DNA of 38,669 nucleotides from a virus (Duplodnaviria; Heunggongvirae; Uroviricota; Caudoviricetes): IMG/VR virus record IMGVR_UViG_2541047843_000002; one strand, 5' to 3'. Shown piece by piece: positions 28,756 to 38,669 of this stretch (position 1 is its first letter; each line of letters starts with the position of its first letter). The notes under the pieces were generated by a model. It saw only the letters and a program-made list of their open reading frames with translations, ran no database searches and was not told where the DNA came from. The position numbers and the translations under genes were made by a program.

Positions 28756-29784
28756 ATGGGATTGTTTACGACCCGCCAGTTACTCGGTTATACCGAACAA
28801 AAAGTTAAATTTCGTGCGCTGTTTCTGGAGCTGTTTTTCCGCCGTACGGTGAATTTCCATACCGAAGAGGTGATGCTGGACAAAATTACCGGAAAAACGC
28901 CGGTGGCGGCCTATGTCTCCCCGGTTGTTGAAGGAAAAGTGCTGCGTCATCGTGGTGGTGAAACCCGCGTGTTGCGTCCGGGCTACGTCAAGCCGAAACA
29001 CGAATTTAATTACCAGCAGGCGGTTGAGCGCCTTCCTGGTGAAGATCCATCTCAACTGAATGATCCGGCTTACCGCCGTCTGCGTATCATTACCGATAAC
29101 CTCAAACAGGAAGAGCACGCGATTGTCCAGGTGGAAGAAATGCAGGCGGTAAATGCTGTGTTGTATGGCAAATACACCATGGAAGGAGACCAGTTCGAGA
29201 AAATTGAGGTCGATTTTGGCAGGTCGACGAAGAATAACATCACTCAGGGTAGTGGTAAGGAGTGGTCAAAACAGGATCGTGACACGTTCGATCCTACACA
29301 TGATATTGACCTCTACTGCGACCTGGCCAGCGGTCTTGTGAATATTGCCATTATGGACGGTACCGTCTGGCGTCTTCTGAATGGTTTTAAGCTGTTCCGC
29401 GAAAAACTGGATACCCGTCGCGGTTCAAATTCTCAACTCGAAACGGCAGTGAAAGATCTGGGCGCAGTGGTGTCCTTCAAGGGGTATTACGGCGATCTGG
29501 CCATTGTGGTGGCGAAAACGTCTTATATAGCAGAAGACGGTACCGAAAAACGTTATCTTCCAGATGGCATGCTGGTTCTGGGGAATACTGCTGCAGATGG
29601 GATCCGTTGTTACGGTGCCATTCAGGATGCTCAGGCGTTGTCCGAAGGTGTGGTGGCCTCTTCCCGTTATCCGAAACACTGGCTGACGGTAGGGGATCCC
29701 GCCCGTGAATTTACCATGACGCAGTCCGCGCCGCTGATGGTGTTGCCGGACCCGGATGAGTTTGTGGTGGTACAGGTGAAATAA
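28756..29784 (+). CDS. E: major capsid protein E
   Basis: 342 aa, lambda gpE-like throughout. Confidence 0.95.
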   Translation: MGLFTTRQLLGYTEQKVKFRALFLELFFRRTVNFHTEEVMLDKITGKTPVAAYVSPVVEGKVLRHRGGETRVLRPGYVKPKHEFNYQQAVERLPGEDPSQLNDPAYRRLRIITDNLKQEEHAIVQVEEMQAVNAVLYGKYTMEGDQFEKIEVDFGRSTKNNITQGSGKEWSKQDRDTFDPTHDIDLYCDLASGLVNIAIMDGTVWRLLNGFKLFREKLDTRRGSNSQLETAVKDLGAVVSFKGYYGDLAIVVAKTSYIAEDGTEKRYLPDGMLVLGNTAADGIRCYGAIQDAQALSEGVVASSRYPKHWLTVGDPAREFTMTQSAPLMVLPDPDEFVVVQVK

Positions 29785-29793
29785 TCCGTGAGC

Positions 29794-29821
29794 GGGGGCG
29801 AAATGCCCCCGTGTCTTTTTT
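29794..29821 (+). terminator. hairpin plus T-run after E (candidate attenuator/terminator)
   Basis: GGGGGC-GAAAT-GCCCCC followed by GTGTCTTTTTTC, 10 nt after the E stop. Confidence 0.45.
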
Positions 29822-29835
29822 CACAGGGGGCTGAT

Positions 29836-30210
29836 ATGGCAACGAAAGAGCAAAATCTGAAACGGCTTGATGAACTGGCCCTGATTCTGGGGCGTGAGCC
29901 GGATATATCCGGGAGTGCCGCAGAGATAGCGCAGCGGGTGGCAGAATGGGAAGAGGAAATGCAGTCATCCGGCGATGATGTACAGGTTATGAATATGGAT
30001 ATCCGGGAGCGGGAAACCGCGGCTCATGATGTTCGTGAGGAAACATCCGGCGCGTTAACGCGCATCAGAGTTCTGACCTGCCTCCATCTCTGTGGCGTTG
30101 ATGGTGAAACGGGGGAATCCGTTGAGCTTGCGGATGTTGGTCGGGTGATTCTGATTATGTCCTCAGATGCAAAAACACACGTTGATGGTGGAATGGCTGT
30201 TTATGCGTGA
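29836..30210 (+). CDS. FI: DNA packaging protein FI
   Basis: 124 aa from internal ATG, acidic; position between E and FII. Confidence 0.75.
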   Translation: MATKEQNLKRLDELALILGREPDISGSAAEIAQRVAEWEEEMQSSGDDVQVMNMDIRERETAAHDVREETSGALTRIRVLTCLHLCGVDGETGESVELADVGRVILIMSSDAKTHVDGGMAVYA

Positions 30211-30556
30211 TTTTCAGAATGCCTTTGATGCCGCCCTTGCCGGGGTGGACAGTACGATTGTTGAAGTGATGGGCATCAGTGCGCAGTTCACCTCCGGTGC
30301 ACAGCGTGGCGGCGAGGTTCATGGCGTTTTTGACGATCCGGAGTCGCTGGGTTTTGCCAGTAGTGGGATCCGTATTGAAGGAAGTAACCCGTCATTATTT
30401 GTGCTTACGGATACGGTTTGTGCTGTACGGCGTGGTGACACGCTGACCATTAACGGCGAGATGTTCTGGGTGGACCGTGTTTCTCCGGATGACGGAGGGA
30501 GTTGTTATCTCTGGCTCAACCGGGGGCAACCACCTGCCGCCAGCCGTCGCCGCTGA
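30203..30556 (+). CDS. FII: head-tail connector FII
   Basis: 117 aa from internal ATG overlapping the FI stop; lambda FII-like C-terminus (…WVDRVSPDDGGSC.LWL.RG.PPA..RRR). Confidence 0.9.
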   Translation: MRDFQNAFDAALAGVDSTIVEVMGISAQFTSGAQRGGEVHGVFDDPESLGFASSGIRIEGSNPSLFVLTDTVCAVRRGDTLTINGEMFWVDRVSPDDGGSCYLWLNRGQPPAASRRR

Positions 30557-30567
30557 AAGGGGGATGT

Positions 30568-31146
30568 ATGGCCATAAAAGGTCTTGAGCAGGCCGTTGAA
30601 AACCTCAGCCGTATCAGCAAAACGGCAGTGCCTGGTGCCGCCGCAATGGCCATTAACCGCGTTGCTTCATCCGCGATATCGCAGTCGGCGTCACTGGTTG
30701 CCCGTGAGACAAAGGTACGCCGGAAACTGGTAAAGGAAAGGGCCAGGCTGAAAAGGGCCACGGTCAAAAATCCGCAGGCCAGAATCAAAGTTAACCGGGG
30801 GGATTTGCCCGTAATCAGGCTGGGTAACGCGCGGGTTGTCCTGTCCCGACGCAGGCGTCGTAAAAAGGGGCAGCGTTCATCCCTGAAAGGTGGCGGCAGC
30901 GTGCTTGTGGTGGGAAACCGTCGTATTCCCGGCGCGTTTATTCAGCAACTGAAAAATGGCCGGTGGCATGTCATGCAGCGTGTGGCCGGGAAAAACCGTT
31001 ACCCCATTGATGTGGTGAAAATCCCGATGGCGGTGCCGCTGACCACGGCGTTTAAACAGAATATTGAGCGGATACGGCGTGAGCGTCTTCCGAAAGAGCT
31101 GGGCTATGCGCTGCAGCATCAACTGAGAATGGTAATAAAGCGATGA
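30568..31146 (+). CDS. Z: tail completion protein Z
   Basis: 192 aa from internal ATG; matches lambda gpZ. Confidence 0.9.
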   Translation: MAIKGLEQAVENLSRISKTAVPGAAAMAINRVASSAISQSASLVARETKVRRKLVKERARLKRATVKNPQARIKVNRGDLPVIRLGNARVVLSRRRRRKKGQRSSLKGGGSVLVVGNRRIPGAFIQQLKNGRWHVMQRVAGKNRYPIDVVKIPMAVPLTTAFKQNIERIRRERLPKELGYALQHQLRMVIKR

Positions 31147-31538
31147 AACATACTGAACTCCGTGCAGCCGTACTGGATGCACTGGAGAAGCATGACACCG
31201 GGGCGACGCTTTTTGATGGTCGCCCTGCTGTTTTTGATGAGGAAGATTTTCCGGCAATTGCCGTTTATCTCACCGGCGCTGAATACACGGGCGAAGAGCT
31301 GGACAGCGATACCTGGCAGGCGGAGCTGCATATTGAAGTTTTCCTGCCTGCTCAGGTGCCGGATTCAGAGCTGGATTCGTGGATGGAGTCCCGGATTTAT
31401 CCGGTGATGAGCGATATCCCGGCACTGTCAGATTTGATCACCAGTATGGTGGCCAGTGGCTATGACTACCGGCGCGACGATGATGCGGGCCTGTGGAGTT
31501 CAGCCGATCTGACTTATGTCATTACCTATGAAATGTGA
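31143..31538 (+). CDS. U: tail terminator U
   Basis: 131 aa matching lambda gpU. Confidence 0.9.
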   Translation: MKHTELRAAVLDALEKHDTGATLFDGRPAVFDEEDFPAIAVYLTGAEYTGEELDSDTWQAELHIEVFLPAQVPDSELDSWMESRIYPVMSDIPALSDLITSMVASGYDYRRDDDAGLWSSADLTYVITYEM

Positions 31539-31545
31539 GGACGAT

Positions 31546-32286
31546 ATGCCAACACCAAATCCTCTGGCACCGGTGAAAGGGGCCGGGACCACACTGTGGG
31601 TTTATAACGGGAGCGGCGACCCTTATGCAAACCCGCTTTCAGACAATGACTGGTCGCGTCTGGCAAAAATTAAAGACCTGACGCCCGGCGAACTGACCGC
31701 TGAGTCCTATGACGACAGTTATCTCGATGATGAAGATGCGGACTGGACCGCGACCGGGCAGGGGCAGAAATCCGCCGGAGATACCAGCTTCACGCTGGCG
31801 TGGATGCCCGGAGAGCAGGGGCAGCAGGCGCTGCTGGCGTGGTTTAATGAAGGTGATACCCGTGCCTATAAAATCCGCTTCCCGAACGGCACGGTCGATG
31901 TGTTCCGTGGCTGGGTCAGCAGTATCGGTAAGGCGGTGACGGCGAAGGAAGTGATCACCCGTACGGTGAAGGTCACCAATGTGGGCCGTCCGTCAATGGC
32001 AGAAGATCGCAGTACGGTGACGGCGGCAACCGGTATGACCGTGACGCCTGCCAGCTCCTCGGTGGTGAAAGGGCAGAGCACCACGCTGACCGTGGCCTTC
32101 CAGCCGGAGGGCGCAACTGACAAGAGCTTCCGTGCGGTGTCAGCGGATAAAACAAAAGCCACCGTGTCGGTCAGTGGTATGACCATCACCGTGAACGGCG
32201 TTGCTGCAGGCAAGGTCAACATTCCGGTTGTATCCGGTAATGGTGAACTTGCTGCGGTTGCAGAAATCACTGTCACCGACAGTTAA
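31546..32286 (+). CDS. V: major tail protein V
   Basis: 246 aa from internal ATG with GAGGA RBS; matches lambda gpV including the C-terminal Ig-like domain. Confidence 0.9.
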   Translation: MPTPNPLAPVKGAGTTLWVYNGSGDPYANPLSDNDWSRLAKIKDLTPGELTAESYDDSYLDDEDADWTATGQGQKSAGDTSFTLAWMPGEQGQQALLAWFNEGDTRAYKIRFPNGTVDVFRGWVSSIGKAVTAKEVITRTVKVTNVGRPSMAEDRSTVTAATGMTVTPASSSVVKGQSTTLTVAFQPEGATDKSFRAVSADKTKATVSVSGMTITVNGVAAGKVNIPVVSGNGELAAVAEITVTDS

Positions 32287-32301
32287 TCCGGAGAGTCAGC
32301 G

Positions 32302-32724
32302 ATGTTCCTGAAAACCGAATCATTTGAACATAACGGCGTGACCGTCACGCTTTCTGAACTGTCAGCCCTGCAGCGTATTGAGCATCTCGCCCTGATGAAA
32401 CAGCAGGCAGAACAGGCGGAGTCAGACAGCAACCGGCAGGTTACTGTGGAAGACGCCATCAGAACCGGTGCTTTTGTGGTGGCGATGTCCCTGTGGCATA
32501 ACCATCCGCAGAAGACAAAGCAGCCTTCCATGAATGAAGCCGTTAAACAGATTGAGCAGGAAGTGCTTACCACCTGGCCCGCGGAGGCAATTTCTCATGC
32601 TGAAAACGTGGTGTACCGGCTGTCCGGTATGTATGGGTTTGTGGTGAATGATGCCCCTGACCAGGCAGAGGACTCCGGGCCTGCAGAGCCTGTTTCTGCG
32701 GGAAAGTGTTCGACGGTGAGCTGA
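32302..32724 (+). CDS. G: tail assembly chaperone G
   Basis: 140 aa matching lambda gpG. Confidence 0.9.
   Translation: MFLKTESFEHNGVTVTLSELSALQRIEHLALMKQQAEQAESDSNRQVTVEDAIRTGAFVVAMSLWHNHPQKTKQPSMNEAVKQIEQEVLTTWPAEAISHAENVVYRLSGMYGFVVNDAPDQAEDSGPAEPVSAGKCSTVS
32700..32706 (+). other. G-T programmed -1 frameshift slippery site GGGAAAG
   Basis: G-GGA-AAG heptamer at the end of G where the T frame opens (T ORF begins 32706 in the -1 frame). Confidence 0.8.
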
Positions 32725-33140
32725 GTTTTGCCCTGAAACTGGCGCGAGAGATGGGGCGACCTGACTGGCGCGCCATGCTTGCCGGGATGTCATCCACGGA
32801 GTATGCCGACTGGCACCGCTTTTACAGTACCCATTATTTTCATGATGTTCTGCTGAATATGCACTTTTCCGGGCTGACGTACACTGTGCTCAGCCTGTTT
32901 TTCAGCGATCCGGATATGCATCCGCTGGATTTCAGTTTGCTGAACCGGCGTGAGGATGACGAAGAGCCTGAAGATGATGTGCTGATGCAGAAAGCGGCAG
33001 GGCTTACCGGAGGCGTCCGCTTTGACCCGGACGGAAATGAAGTTATCCCCGCTTCCCCGGATATGGCGGGCATGACGGAGGATGACGTAATGCTGATGAC
33101 AGTATCAGAAGGGATCGCAGGAGGAGTCCGGTATGGCTGA
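32706..33140 (+). CDS. T: tail assembly protein T (made as G-T fusion by -1 frameshift)
   Basis: 144-aa ORF in -1 frame overlapping the G 3' end; matches lambda gpT. Confidence 0.85.
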   Translation: MFDGELSFALKLAREMGRPDWRAMLAGMSSTEYADWHRFYSTHYFHDVLLNMHFSGLTYTVLSLFFSDPDMHPLDFSLLNRREDDEEPEDDVLMQKAAGLTGGVRFDPDGNEVIPASPDMAGMTEDDVMLMTVSEGIAGGVRYG

Positions 33141-35694
33141 ACCGGTAGGCGATCTGGTCGTTGATTTAAGTCTGGATGCGGCCAGATTTGACGAGCAGAT
33201 GGCCAGAGTCAGGCGTCATTTTTCCGGTACGGAAAGTGATGCGAAAAAAACAGCGGCAGTCGTTGAACAGTCGCTGAGCCGACAGGCGCTGGCTGCACAG
33301 AAAGCGGGGATTTCCGTCGGGCAGTATAAAGCCGCCATGCGTATGCTGCCTGCACAGTTCACCGACGTGGCCACGCAGCTTGCAGGCGGGCAAAGCCCGT
33401 GGCTGATCCTGCTGCAACAGGGTGGTCAGGTTAAGGACTCCTTCGGCGGGATGATCCCCATGTTCCGGGGGCTTGCCGGTGCGATCACCCTGCCGATGGT
33501 CGGGGCCACCTCGCTGGCGGTGGCGACCGGTGCGCTGGCGTATGCCTGGTATCAGGGTAACTCAACCCTGTCCGATTTCAACAAAACGCTGGTCCTTTCC
33601 GGCAATCAGTCGGGTCTGACGGCAGATCGTATGCTGGTCCTGTCCAGAGCCGGGCAGGCGGCAGGGCTGACGTTTAACCAGACCAGCGAGTCACTCAGCG
33701 CACTGGTTAAGGCGGGAGTAAGCGGTGAGGCTCAGATTGCATCCATCAGCCAGAGTGTGGCGCGTTTCTCCTCTGCATCCGGCGTGGAGGTGGACAAGGT
33801 CGCTGAAGCCTTCGGGAAGCTGACCACTGACCCGACGTCGGGGCTGACGGCGATGGCGCGCCAGTTCCATAACGTAACGGCGGAGCAGATTGCGTATGTT
33901 GCTCAGTTGCAGCGTTCCGGCGATGAATCCGGGGCATTGCAGGCGGCGAACGAGGCCGCAACGAAAGGGTTTGATGACCAGACCCGACGCCTGAAAGAGA
34001 ACATGGGCACGCTGGAAACCTGGGCAGACAGGACAGCACGGGCATTCAAATCCATGTGGGATGCGGTGCTGGATATTGGTCGTCCTGATACCGCTCAGGA
34101 GATGCTGATTAAGGCAGAGGCTGCGTTTAAGAAAGCGGACGACATCTGGAATCTGCGCAAGGATGATTATTTTGTTAACGATGAAGCGCGGGCGCGTTAC
34201 TGGGATGATCGTGAAAAGGCCCGTCTTGCGCTTGAAGCCGCCCGAAAGAAGGCTGAACAGCAGAGTCAACAGGACAAAAATGCGCAGCAGCAGAGCGATA
34301 CCGAAGCATCACGGCTGAAATATACCGAAGAGGCGCAGAAGGCTTACGAACGGCTGCAGACACCGCTGGAGAAATATACCGCCCGTCAGGAAGAACTGAA
34401 CAAGGCACTGAAAGACGGGAAAATCCTGCAGGCAGATTACAACACGCTGATGGCGGCGGCGAAAAAGGATTATGAAGCGACGCTGAAAAAGCCGAAACAG
34501 TCCGGCGTGAAGGTGTCTGCGGGCGATCGTCAGGAAGACAGTGCTCATGCTGCCCTGCTGACGCTTCAGGCTGAACTCCGGACGCTGGAGAAGCATGCCG
34601 GAGCAAATGAGAAAATCAGCCAGCAGCGCCGGGATTTGTGGAAGGCGGAGAGTCAGTTCGCGGTACTGGAGGAGGCGGCGCAACGTCGCCAGCTGTCTGC
34701 ACAGGAGAAATCCCTGCTGGCGCATAAAGATGAGACGCTGGAGTACAAACGCCAGCTGGCTGCACTTGGCGACAAGGTTACGTATCAGGAGCGCCTGAAC
34801 GCGCTGGCGCAGCAGGCGGATAAATTCGCACAGCAGCAACGGGCAAAACGGGCCGCTATTGATGCGAAAAGCCGGGGGCTGACTGACCGGCAGGCAGAAC
34901 GGGAAGCCACGGAACAGCGCCTGAAGGAACAGTATGGCGATAATCCTCTGGCGCTGAATAACGTCATGTCAGAGCAGAAAAAGACCTGGGCGGCTGAAGA
35001 CCTGCTTCGCGGGAACTGGATGGCAGGCCTGAAGTCCGGCTGGAGTGAGTGGGAAGAGAGTGCCACGGACAGTATGTCGCAGGTTAAAAGTGCTGCCACG
35101 CAGACCTTTGATGGTATTGCGCAGAATATGGCGGCGATGCTGACCGGCAGTGAACAGAACTGGCGCAGCTTCACCCGTTCCGTGCTGTCCATGATGACAG
35201 AAATTCTGCTTAAGCAGGCAATGGTGGGGATTGTCGGGAGTATCGGCAGCGCTATTGGCGGGGCTGTTGGTGGCGGCGCATCCGCGTCAGGCGGTACAGC
35301 CATTCAGGCCGCTGCGGCGAAACTCCATTTTGCAACCGGAGGATTTACGGGAACCGGCGGCAAATATGAGCCAGCGGGGATTGTTCACCGTGGTGAATTT
35401 GTCTTCACGAAGGAGGCAACCAGCCGGATTGGCGTGGGAAATCTCTACCGGCTGATGCGCGGCTATGCCACCGGCGGTTATGTCGGTGGCACCGGAAGTC
35501 CGGCGCAAATGCGGCGTTCAGAGGGTATCAGGTTTGAGCAGAACAACAACGTGGTGATTCAGAACGACGGTACGAATGGTCTGCCAGGTCCACAGATGAT
35601 GAAGGCGGTGTATGACATGGCCCGCAAGGGTGCCCGTGATGAAATCCAGGCACAGATGCGCGATGGTGGTCTGTTCTCCGGAGGTGGACGATGA
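33133..35694 (+). CDS. H: tail tape-measure protein H
   Basis: 853 aa, same length as lambda gpH and matching it. Confidence 0.95.
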   Translation: MAEPVGDLVVDLSLDAARFDEQMARVRRHFSGTESDAKKTAAVVEQSLSRQALAAQKAGISVGQYKAAMRMLPAQFTDVATQLAGGQSPWLILLQQGGQVKDSFGGMIPMFRGLAGAITLPMVGATSLAVATGALAYAWYQGNSTLSDFNKTLVLSGNQSGLTADRMLVLSRAGQAAGLTFNQTSESLSALVKAGVSGEAQIASISQSVARFSSASGVEVDKVAEAFGKLTTDPTSGLTAMARQFHNVTAEQIAYVAQLQRSGDESGALQAANEAATKGFDDQTRRLKENMGTLETWADRTARAFKSMWDAVLDIGRPDTAQEMLIKAEAAFKKADDIWNLRKDDYFVNDEARARYWDDREKARLALEAARKKAEQQSQQDKNAQQQSDTEASRLKYTEEAQKAYERLQTPLEKYTARQEELNKALKDGKILQADYNTLMAAAKKDYEATLKKPKQSGVKVSAGDRQEDSAHAALLTLQAELRTLEKHAGANEKISQQRRDLWKAESQFAVLEEAAQRRQLSAQEKSLLAHKDETLEYKRQLAALGDKVTYQERLNALAQQADKFAQQQRAKRAAIDAKSRGLTDRQAEREATEQRLKEQYGDNPLALNNVMSEQKKTWAAEDLLRGNWMAGLKSGWSEWEESATDSMSQVKSAATQTFDGIAQNMAAMLTGSEQNWRSFTRSVLSMMTEILLKQAMVGIVGSIGSAIGGAVGGGASASGGTAIQAAAAKLHFATGGFTGTGGKYEPAGIVHRGEFVFTKEATSRIGVGNLYRLMRGYATGGYVGGTGSPAQMRRSEGIRFEQNNNVVIQNDGTNGLPGPQMMKAVYDMARKGARDEIQAQMRDGGLFSGGGR

Positions 35695-36020
35695 AAACCT
35701 TCCGCTGGAAAGTGAAACCCGGGATGGATGTGACATCGGCTCCTTCCGTCAGGGAGGTGCGCTTTGGTGATGGCTATTCCCAGCGTGCGCCTGCCGGGCT
35801 GAACGCTGACCTGAAAACGTACAGCGTGACGCTGTCTGTCTCCCGTGAGGAGGCCACGGCGCTGGAGTCGTTTCTGGCTGAGCACGGGGGCTGGAAGGCC
35901 TTTCTGTGGACGCCGCCTTATGGTTACAGGCAGATAAAGGTGACCTGCGCAAAATGGTCGTCGCGGGTCAGTATGCTGCGTGTTGAGTTCAGCGCAGAGT
36001 TTGAACAGGTGGTGAACTGA
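35691..36020 (+). CDS. M: minor tail protein M
   Basis: 109 aa matching lambda gpM. Confidence 0.9.
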   Translation: MKTFRWKVKPGMDVTSAPSVREVRFGDGYSQRAPAGLNADLKTYSVTLSVSREEATALESFLAEHGGWKAFLWTPPYGYRQIKVTCAKWSSRVSMLRVEFSAEFEQVVN

Positions 36021-36718
36021 TGCAGGATATCCGGCAGGAAACATTGAATGAATGCACCCGTGCGGAGCAGTCGGCCAGCGTGGTGCTCTGGGAAATCGAT
36101 CTGACAGAGGTCGGTGGAGAACGTTATTTTTTCTGTAATGAGCAGAACGAAAAAGGTGAGCCGGTCACCTGGCAGGGGCGACAGTATCAGCCGTATCCCA
36201 TTCAGGGGAGTAGTTTTGAACTGAATGGCAAAGGCACCAGTACGCGCCCCACGCTGACGGTTTCTAACCTGTACGGTATGGTCACCGGGATGGTGGAAGA
36301 TCTGCAGAGTCTGGTCGGCGGAACGGTGGTCAGGCGTAAGGTTTACGCCCGTTTTCTGGATGCGGTGAACTTCGTCAACGGAAACAGCGACGCCGATCCG
36401 GAGCAGGAGGTGATCAGCCGCTGGCGCATCGAGCAGTGCAGCGAACTGAGTGCGGTCAGTGCCTCCTTTGTACTGTCCACACCGACGGAAACGGATGGTG
36501 CCGTTTTTCCGGGGCGCATCATGCTGGCTAATACCTGCACCTGGACCTATCGCGGTGATGAGTGCGGTTATCACGGTCCGGCGGTCGCGGATGAATATGA
36601 TCAGCCGACTTCCGATATCACGAAGGATAAATGCAGCAAATGCCTGAGCGGCTGTAAGTTTCGCAATAACGTCGGCAACTTTGGCGGCTTCCTTTCCATT
36701 AACAAACTTTCGCAGTAA
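36020..36718 (+). CDS. L: minor tail protein L
   Basis: 232 aa matching lambda gpL (Cys-rich C-terminus). Confidence 0.9.
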   Translation: MQDIRQETLNECTRAEQSASVVLWEIDLTEVGGERYFFCNEQNEKGEPVTWQGRQYQPYPIQGSSFELNGKGTSTRPTLTVSNLYGMVTGMVEDLQSLVGGTVVRRKVYARFLDAVNFVNGNSDADPEQEVISRWRIEQCSELSAVSASFVLSTPTETDGAVFPGRIMLANTCTWTYRGDECGYHGPAVADEYDQPTSDITKDKCSKCLSGCKFRNNVGNFGGFLSINKLSQ

Positions 36719-36723
36719 ATCCC

Positions 36724-37467
36724 ATGACAGAGACAGAATCAGCGATTCTGGCGCATGCCCGGCGATGTGCGCCAGCGGAGTCGTGCGGCTTCGTGGTGAG
36801 AGCGCCGGAGGGGGAAAGATATTTTCCCTGCGTGAATATCTCCGGTGAGCCGGAGGCGTATTTCCGGATGGCTCCGGAGGACTGGCTGCAGGCAGAGATG
36901 CAGGGTGAGATTGTGGCGCTGGTCCACAGTCATCCCGGTGGTCTGCCCTGGCTGAGTGAGGCCGACCGGCGGCTGCAGGTGCAGAGTGATTTGCCGTGGT
37001 GGCTGGTCTGCCGGGGGGCGATTCATAAGTTCCGCTGTGTGCCGCATCTCACCGGGCGGCGCTTTGAGCACGGGGTGACGGACTGTTACACGCTGTTCCG
37101 GGACGCTTACCATCTGGCGGGGATTGAGATGCCGGACTTTCATCGTGAGGATGACTGGTGGCGTAACGGCCAGAATCTCTATCTTGATAATCTGGAGGCC
37201 ACAGGGCTGTATCAGGTGCCGTTGTCAGCGGCGCAGCCGGGCGATGTGCTGCTGTGCTGCTTTGGTTCATCGGTGCCGAATCATGCCGCTATTTACTGTG
37301 GTGACGGCGAGCTGCTGCACCATATTCCTGAACAACTGAGTAAACGAGAGAGGTATACCGACAAATGGCAGCGACGCACACACTCCCTCTGGCGTCACCG
37401 GGCATGGCGCGCATCTGCCTTTACGGGGATTTACAACGATTTGGCCGCCGCATCGACCTTCGTGTGA
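36724..37467 (+). CDS. K: tail assembly protein K (JAB/MPN plus NlpC/P60-like)
   Basis: 247 aa with HSHP metalloprotease-like motif and Cys/His peptidase region; lambda gpK-like. Confidence 0.9.
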   Translation: MTETESAILAHARRCAPAESCGFVVRAPEGERYFPCVNISGEPEAYFRMAPEDWLQAEMQGEIVALVHSHPGGLPWLSEADRRLQVQSDLPWWLVCRGAIHKFRCVPHLTGRRFEHGVTDCYTLFRDAYHLAGIEMPDFHREDDWWRNGQNLYLDNLEATGLYQVPLSAAQPGDVLLCCFGSSVPNHAAIYCGDGELLHHIPEQLSKRERYTDKWQRRTHSLWRHRAWRASAFTGIYNDLAAASTFV

Positions 37468-38036
37468 AAACGGGGGCTGAAGCCATCCGCGCACTGGCCA
37501 CACAGCTCCCGGTGTTTCGTCAGAAACTGAGCGACGGCTGGTATCAGGTACGGATTGCCGGGCGGGACGTCAGCACGTCCGGGTTAACGGCGCAGTTACA
37601 TGAGACTCTGCCTGATGGCGCTGTGATTCATATTGTTCCCAGAGTCGCCGGGGCCAAGTCAGGTGGCGTATTCCAGATTGTCCTGGGGGCTGCCGCCATT
37701 GCCGGATCATTCTTTACCGCCGGAGCCACCCTTGCAGCATGGGGGGCAGCCATTGGGGCCGGTGGTATGACCGGCATCCTGTTTTCTCTCGGTGCCAGTA
37801 TGGTGCTCGGTGGTGTGGCGCAGATGCTGGCACCGAAAGCCAGAACTCCCCGTACACAGACAACGGATAACGGCAAACAGAACACCTATTTCTCCTCACT
37901 GGATAACATGGTTGCCCAGGGCAATGTTCTGCCGGTTCTGTACGGTGAAATGCGCGTGGGGTCACGCGTGGTTTCTCAGGAGATCAGCACGGCAGACGAA
38001 GGGGATGGTGGTCAGGTTGTGGTGATTGGTCGCTGA
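37365..38036 (+). CDS. I: tail assembly protein I
   Basis: 223 aa overlapping the K 3' end in another frame, as in lambda. Confidence 0.9.
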   Translation: MAATHTLPLASPGMARICLYGDLQRFGRRIDLRVKTGAEAIRALATQLPVFRQKLSDGWYQVRIAGRDVSTSGLTAQLHETLPDGAVIHIVPRVAGAKSGGVFQIVLGAAAIAGSFFTAGATLAAWGAAIGAGGMTGILFSLGASMVLGGVAQMLAPKARTPRTQTTDNGKQNTYFSSLDNMVAQGNVLPVLYGEMRVGSRVVSQEISTADEGDGGQVVVIGR

Positions 38037-38096
38037 TGCAAAATGTTTTATGTGAAACCGCCTCCGGGCGGTTTTATCGTTTATGGAGCATGAGGA

Positions 38097-38669
38097 ATGG
38101 GTAAAGGCAGCAGTAAGGGGCATACCCCGCGCGAAGCGAAGGACAACCTGAAATCATCCCAGATGCTGAGCGTGATAGACGCCATCAGCGAAGGGCCGGT
38201 TGAAGGTCCGGTGGATGGATTAAAAAGCGTGCTGCTGAACAGTACGCCGGTGCTGGACAGTGAGGGGAATACCAATATATTCGGCGTCACGGTGGTGTTC
38301 CGGGCCGGTGAGCAGGAGCAGACTCCGCCGGAGGGATTTGAATCCTCCGGCTCCGAGACGGTGCTCGGTACAGAAGTGAAATATGACACGCCGATCACCC
38401 GGACCATCACGTCGGCAAACATTGACCGTCTGCGTTTTACTTTCGGCGTGCAGGCACTGGTGGAAACCACCTCAAAGGGGGACAGGAATCCATCGGAAGT
38501 CCGCCTGCTGGTTCAGATTCAACGTAACGGTGGCTGGGTGACGGAAAAAGACATCACCATTAAGGGCAAAACCACGTCGCAGTATCTGGCCTCGGTGGTG
38601 GTGGATAACCTGCCGCCGCGCCCGTTTAATATCCGGATGCGCAGGATGACGCCGGACAGCACCACAGAC
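38097..38669 (+). CDS. J: central tail fibre / host specificity protein J (5' part only; continues past the window end)
   Basis: ATG at 38097 (MGKGSSKGHTPREAKDNLKSSQMLSVIDAISEGP...) matches the lambda J N-terminus; open to the window edge. Confidence 0.9.
   Translation, partial: MGKGSSKGHTPREAKDNLKSSQMLSVIDAISEGPVEGPVDGLKSVLLNSTPVLDSEGNTNIFGVTVVFRAGEQEQTPPEGFESSGSETVLGTEVKYDTPITRTITSANIDRLRFTFGVQALVETTSKGDRNPSEVRLLVQIQRNGGWVTEKDITIKGKTTSQYLASVVVDNLPPRPFNIRMRRMTPDSTTD

Noticed and set aside
33691-35303. Several long antisense ORFs inside the tape-measure gene H (and similar ones inside A, B, C, K)
   Set aside because: They are GC-rich-frame artefacts overlapping well-supported lambda-like structural genes on the opposite strand.
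38081-38470. 129-aa minus-strand ORF at the window end
   Set aside because: It is antisense to the clearly identifiable 5' end of J.

Overview
This window is most of a lambdoid prophage of an E. coli/Shigella-type host, running from the integrase stop codon (position 1-3) to the 5' end of the tail-fibre gene J. All calls rest on reading the supplied ORF translations and sequence by eye; no searches were run. Gene order is lambda-like: int-xis, small accessory genes, exo-bet-gam-kil-cIII-ea10-ral (minus strand), sieB, N, an immunity region (cI, cro, cII), O-P-ren, a nin region, Q, a lysis cassette, bor, cos, terminase and head/tail genes Nu1 to J. The element is mosaic: recombination, replication and structural proteins look near-identical to phage lambda, whereas int/xis, N and its nut sites, cI/cro, and the Q-lysis region are of other lambdoid types. 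Two insertion sequences are present with intact target-site duplications: IS911 (1250 bp) splits cIII, and IS2 (1331 bp) lies between bor and cos. The most interesting locus is a two-gene operon of unknown function (185 aa and 250 aa, overlapping ATGA) directly downstream of cI and ahead of an intrinsic terminator. It occupies the position of rexAB in lambda, looks AT-rich relative to its neighbours, and is a candidate prophage-encoded defence or exclusion module. Other accessory cargo includes an intact porin gene antisense to late transcription, a Dam-like methyltransferase in the nin region, and a small moron island beside cos.
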